DNA from: Azolla caroliniana
Lineage: Eukaryota; Plantae; Polypodiophyta
Reading direction: 5' to 3'
Assembly (NCBI GenBank): GCA_043228905.1
Contig: JBHGNT010000004.1
Span: 19,096,001 to 19,160,000, forward strand
Length of the DNA: 64,000 nucleotides
Each line of letters begins with the position of its first letter. The first letter of the stretch is position 1. This document shows, piece by piece, positions 60,833 through 64,000 of the stretch. The notes below the pieces were generated by a model. It saw only the letters and a list, made by a program, of their open reading frames with translations. It was not told the origin of the DNA and made no database searches. The translations under genes and the position numbers were made by a program.

Positions 60833-62378
60833 AAAAAATCTACATTATGAGCTTGACGACACAATCTCCTTAGTGCTCTTACTAATGTGTTGTGATTTGT
60901 TGATCCATGTTGGAGGAATAAAGGCTCTATCATAAATTAAACTTGTATGGTATTATTAGAATTGCCATGGTATCATTTTCAATCAAATGATTGTATAAAA
61001 AAGGTACTGTTCGAGACAAAAGTACTCAATAAAAAGTATTGCAATGATTTCAAATTATGATATGAATTGCATGCTTTCATGAGCATCACCTTTTTATCAT
61101 AAAATGTTGGCATTTTCAACTCTAGGTTGTAGAAAATGAATTTGTAAATCCGGGTTTTCCGGAAAATACTCAAGTTGAGAGGTAGTATGATCATATCAAA
61201 ACTATGAACAAATTTGTAAAATTTCATTAGATAACAATGTCATTTTAAACCCTTAGGTTGTAGAGAATGAACTTGTACCATTTGGGGAGAAAATTGTTAA
61301 TTGTAATGTGATGATCTCAAACTTTAAATAATTATGATTTTTATGGTTTGAATCTAAAGTCATTTTACACCCATTGCTATAGACCCAAAACCAAAATCTT
61401 CAAGATTACAACATCATATTTAAAAAAATTGTTCATAGCAACAATTTGTAATTGGCTCGTAAAGGCAACTGTTTCACATTGTGATTAACCGCATAATGTT
61501 TTGCTTGCCATTTTATTGTAGCATCCTTCAACAAAACAATCAATAGTTATCTAGAGTATTATAGAGATTAAGCTTGTTGGTATTTTGGCGTCACCCTATA
61601 AAGCAAGCTAGGTTCTCCCCCCGGACATTGGTCATTGGTCTTGCATAGGTTAATAGAGTTAGTGGTTCTATATAAGTTATGAGATTGTACTGTTGTTACA
61701 CTTTTGCTAGCCATTGCATAATGTGATTGGAGATGGTCGCATGTAAAGAATATATTCTCCACATATCGATAAATATAGAGTGCTCAAAATCAAAGCATAG
61801 GAATCTCAATGTTTGAGGTGACATAACCATATATTAAAAGCTTCGTGTTTGTATACTCCCAATAGAAATAGTCGGCATCTAACACTTAATGGGAAATAAT
61901 AAAAAGACGTAAGTAGATTGATGCATGTGCTTTTTTAAGCACAATACTGCAAAGCAGGGTTAATATATATGAGGATAGCAAACAAACTTTATTTTATAAA
62001 TTCAATGGATCGGAGTGCCCAACACAAAAAATGCAACGGCATTATCGACACATTATTACACGCGAATAATTATCTATGAACAATGCAAGCGCATATTATT
62101 TTGTGGTGTGTGGATGTGCATATTGTATATGATTTTTGTGTTTCAAGATGCTGGTTGCGTGGATGATGTTGATCTACTACCATCCGATGAAAGCGAAGCA
62201 TGTTCGATTTGTAGGATCACCGAGCATCCACGCAAAACTAAGACGAACCCGAACCAAACCATGTGAGCAGGCTTCACATGCAATGCCATAGCTTGACGCC
62301 AAATAGTGTAGGGCAGTTGAGTCGACACACATATTGATATTGAATGTATAGGTAATGCGACCAATGAGAGATGGCCTC

Positions 62379-62379
<1 letters not shown>

Positions 62380-62443
<64 letters not shown>

Positions 62444-62453
62444 ATGTATGTGT
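62380..62453. repeat. Compound (TG)n(TATG)n microsatellite
   Basis: Directly visible. Confidence 0.95.
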
Positions 62454-63210
62454 GACTCATGAGTGTGATGTGTATATGTATTTGTGTGTATGTGTACAAA
62501 TGTATGTACATGCATTGCCGACACACACACACACATGATATGAGTGATCACAAATATGCATGCACACATAGACACATACATACATACACGCATAGTACGT
62601 AATATTATTCGAATGCATTGGCCAACATTCTTTTTCATACGAATGCAAATGTTACCAAAACATGCTTATGTTTTCTTTTTTACACTTTTTACCTTTAACT
62701 TTCTTACCTTATTATTATTATTACCTTATATTAAATAATGAATACAAAAGTATGGTATTTACCATACATCGAGGGGTGTTTACCGTACTCGAATGATGGA
62801 AGCATTCGCGAATGCGAATGGACGTATTGTACGTATGGTTCATATTATGCATACCCACGAGTACATACGTAGAAATTTCAAATACACAGATATGTATGTA
62901 CACATACGTATGTACGTATACGTATATGTATACCTTCATTGTCGTGCATGCAGAAATGGGTGCAGACTGCCCACCATCTCCCCCCCCCCCCCCTCTCACT
63001 CTCTGTCTATGGGTACGGGTAGATCAGTGCAGAGAGAAACAGGGGAGAGAGAGAGAGAGAGAGAGAGATTAGGAGGGGTCCACCTTCCATATCAAGTTGT
63101 CAATCAACCCTCGCACGTTGTTCATTTCATCCAGATTCGAAGTATGTACATATATTAAGTCAGCAGACAAGGAAGGAGGTCCTCTGCTAAGCAAGCTATG
63201 GATCTCTGAA

Positions 63211-63237
63211 CCCCCCCCCCCCCCCCCCCCCCCCCCC
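63211..63237. repeat. C27 homopolymer upstream of GLDP
   Basis: Directly visible. A shorter C run lies at about 62980-62993. Confidence 0.9.
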
Positions 63238-63405
63238 TCTCTTCTGTGTCCTTAGAGATCCTACATATTCCTGTTTTCCTTCCAGATCTATGTTCTAGCT
63301 ACTGGCCACCTCTTTGAGATCTGCTCCACATTTATCAGCAGAGACCTCATTTCTTTTGTTTGTAACCTTCAACCTTTGATTCAAGACTCTACTTTGTATA
63401 CCATC

Positions 63406-64000
63406 ATGTCTGGAATAGTCAGGAAGATGGTGGGTTCTCGTCATTGCGGTGGCCGCATCTCGTGTCTTCTTCTTCGAAGCAGAAATTACATATGGAAGAA
63501 GATCCCGGAATCTCCCACCCCTGCTTCTTACACGAGGAGAATATTATCATCCCCCCCCATGATTCCGTCGGAATACTCTATGGCAGCGACCGCGATCCCG
63601 GGATATTCCCGTGGAATCTCGATCCATGCGCTCGAGCCAACCGACACCTTCCCTAGACGCCACATCAGTGCCACGCCAGCAGAACAAAGTAGGATGTCTA
63701 ATATTTGTGGTTTCAATTCTATTGAAGATCTCATTGATGCCACCGTCCCCACTTCTATCCGACGACCTGAAATGCACCTACCCAAATTTGCTAATGGCCT
63801 CACAGAATCTCAAATGATAAATCATATGAGATCCTTAGCATCCAAGAACAAGATATTCAAATCATATATTGGAATGGGTTACTATAACACCCATGTACCC
63901 CCTGTCATCATCAGAAATATATTGGAAAATCCTGGTTGGTATACACAATATACCCCTTATCAAGCTGAGATTGCACAAGGTAGGCTCGAATCTCTACTCA
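63406..64000 (+). CDS. GLDP: Glycine decarboxylase P protein (mitochondrial), 5' partial; missed by the ORF track because it runs off the window
   Basis: Open frame from ATG 63406: Arg/Ser-rich presequence, then [21 protein letters not shown]...LIDATVP...[68 protein letters not shown]. Confidence 0.96.
   Translation, partial: MSGIVRKMVGSRHCGGRISCLLLRSRNYIWKKIPESPTPASYTRRILSSPPMIPSEYSMAATAIPGYSRGISIHALEPTDTFPRRHISATPAEQSRMSNICGFNSIEDLIDATVPTSIRRPEMHLPKFANGLTESQMINHMRSLASKNKIFKSYIGMGYYNTHVPPVIIRNILENPGWYTQYTPYQAEIAQGRLESLL

Noticed and set aside
62015-63158. ORFs of 60-150 aa rich in His/Thr/Tyr/Val
   Set aside because: Translations of (TG)n, (TATG)n and (GA)n microsatellites.
63444-63817. 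Short ORFs listed by the track near the window end
   Set aside because: They are off-frame or antisense to the real GLDP frame starting at 63406.

Overview
Land-plant nuclear DNA: AT-rich, with GT-AG introns and many microsatellites. The gene and TE style suggests a fern, but that is an inference. Five host genes are present: the 3' end of a proton pump-interactor-like gene, an intronless MYC2-like bHLH gene, a 6-exon GOS12-like Golgi SNARE, a PLS-E class PPR gene, and the 5' end of glycine decarboxylase P (GLDP). The rest is largely transposon-derived. The standout is a 7.6-kb DNA transposon at 39888-47533 with perfect 33-bp TIRs and a 4-bp TSD. It carries two divergent genes: a Sola-like transposase with a C-terminal BAH-like motif, and a six-exon gene for a ParB/Srx-like domain fused to a bacterial-type beta-class amino (N6-A/N4-C) DNA methyltransferase. 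Both genes are pseudogenised in this copy. This element, a copia element and an L1-like LINE all appear nested inside one small hAT-type MITE just upstream of GOS12. A second oddity is a gypsy element at 52095-57743 whose two LTRs are inverted yet flanked by a perfect 5-bp TSD. All calls come from reading motifs by eye; no database searches were run.
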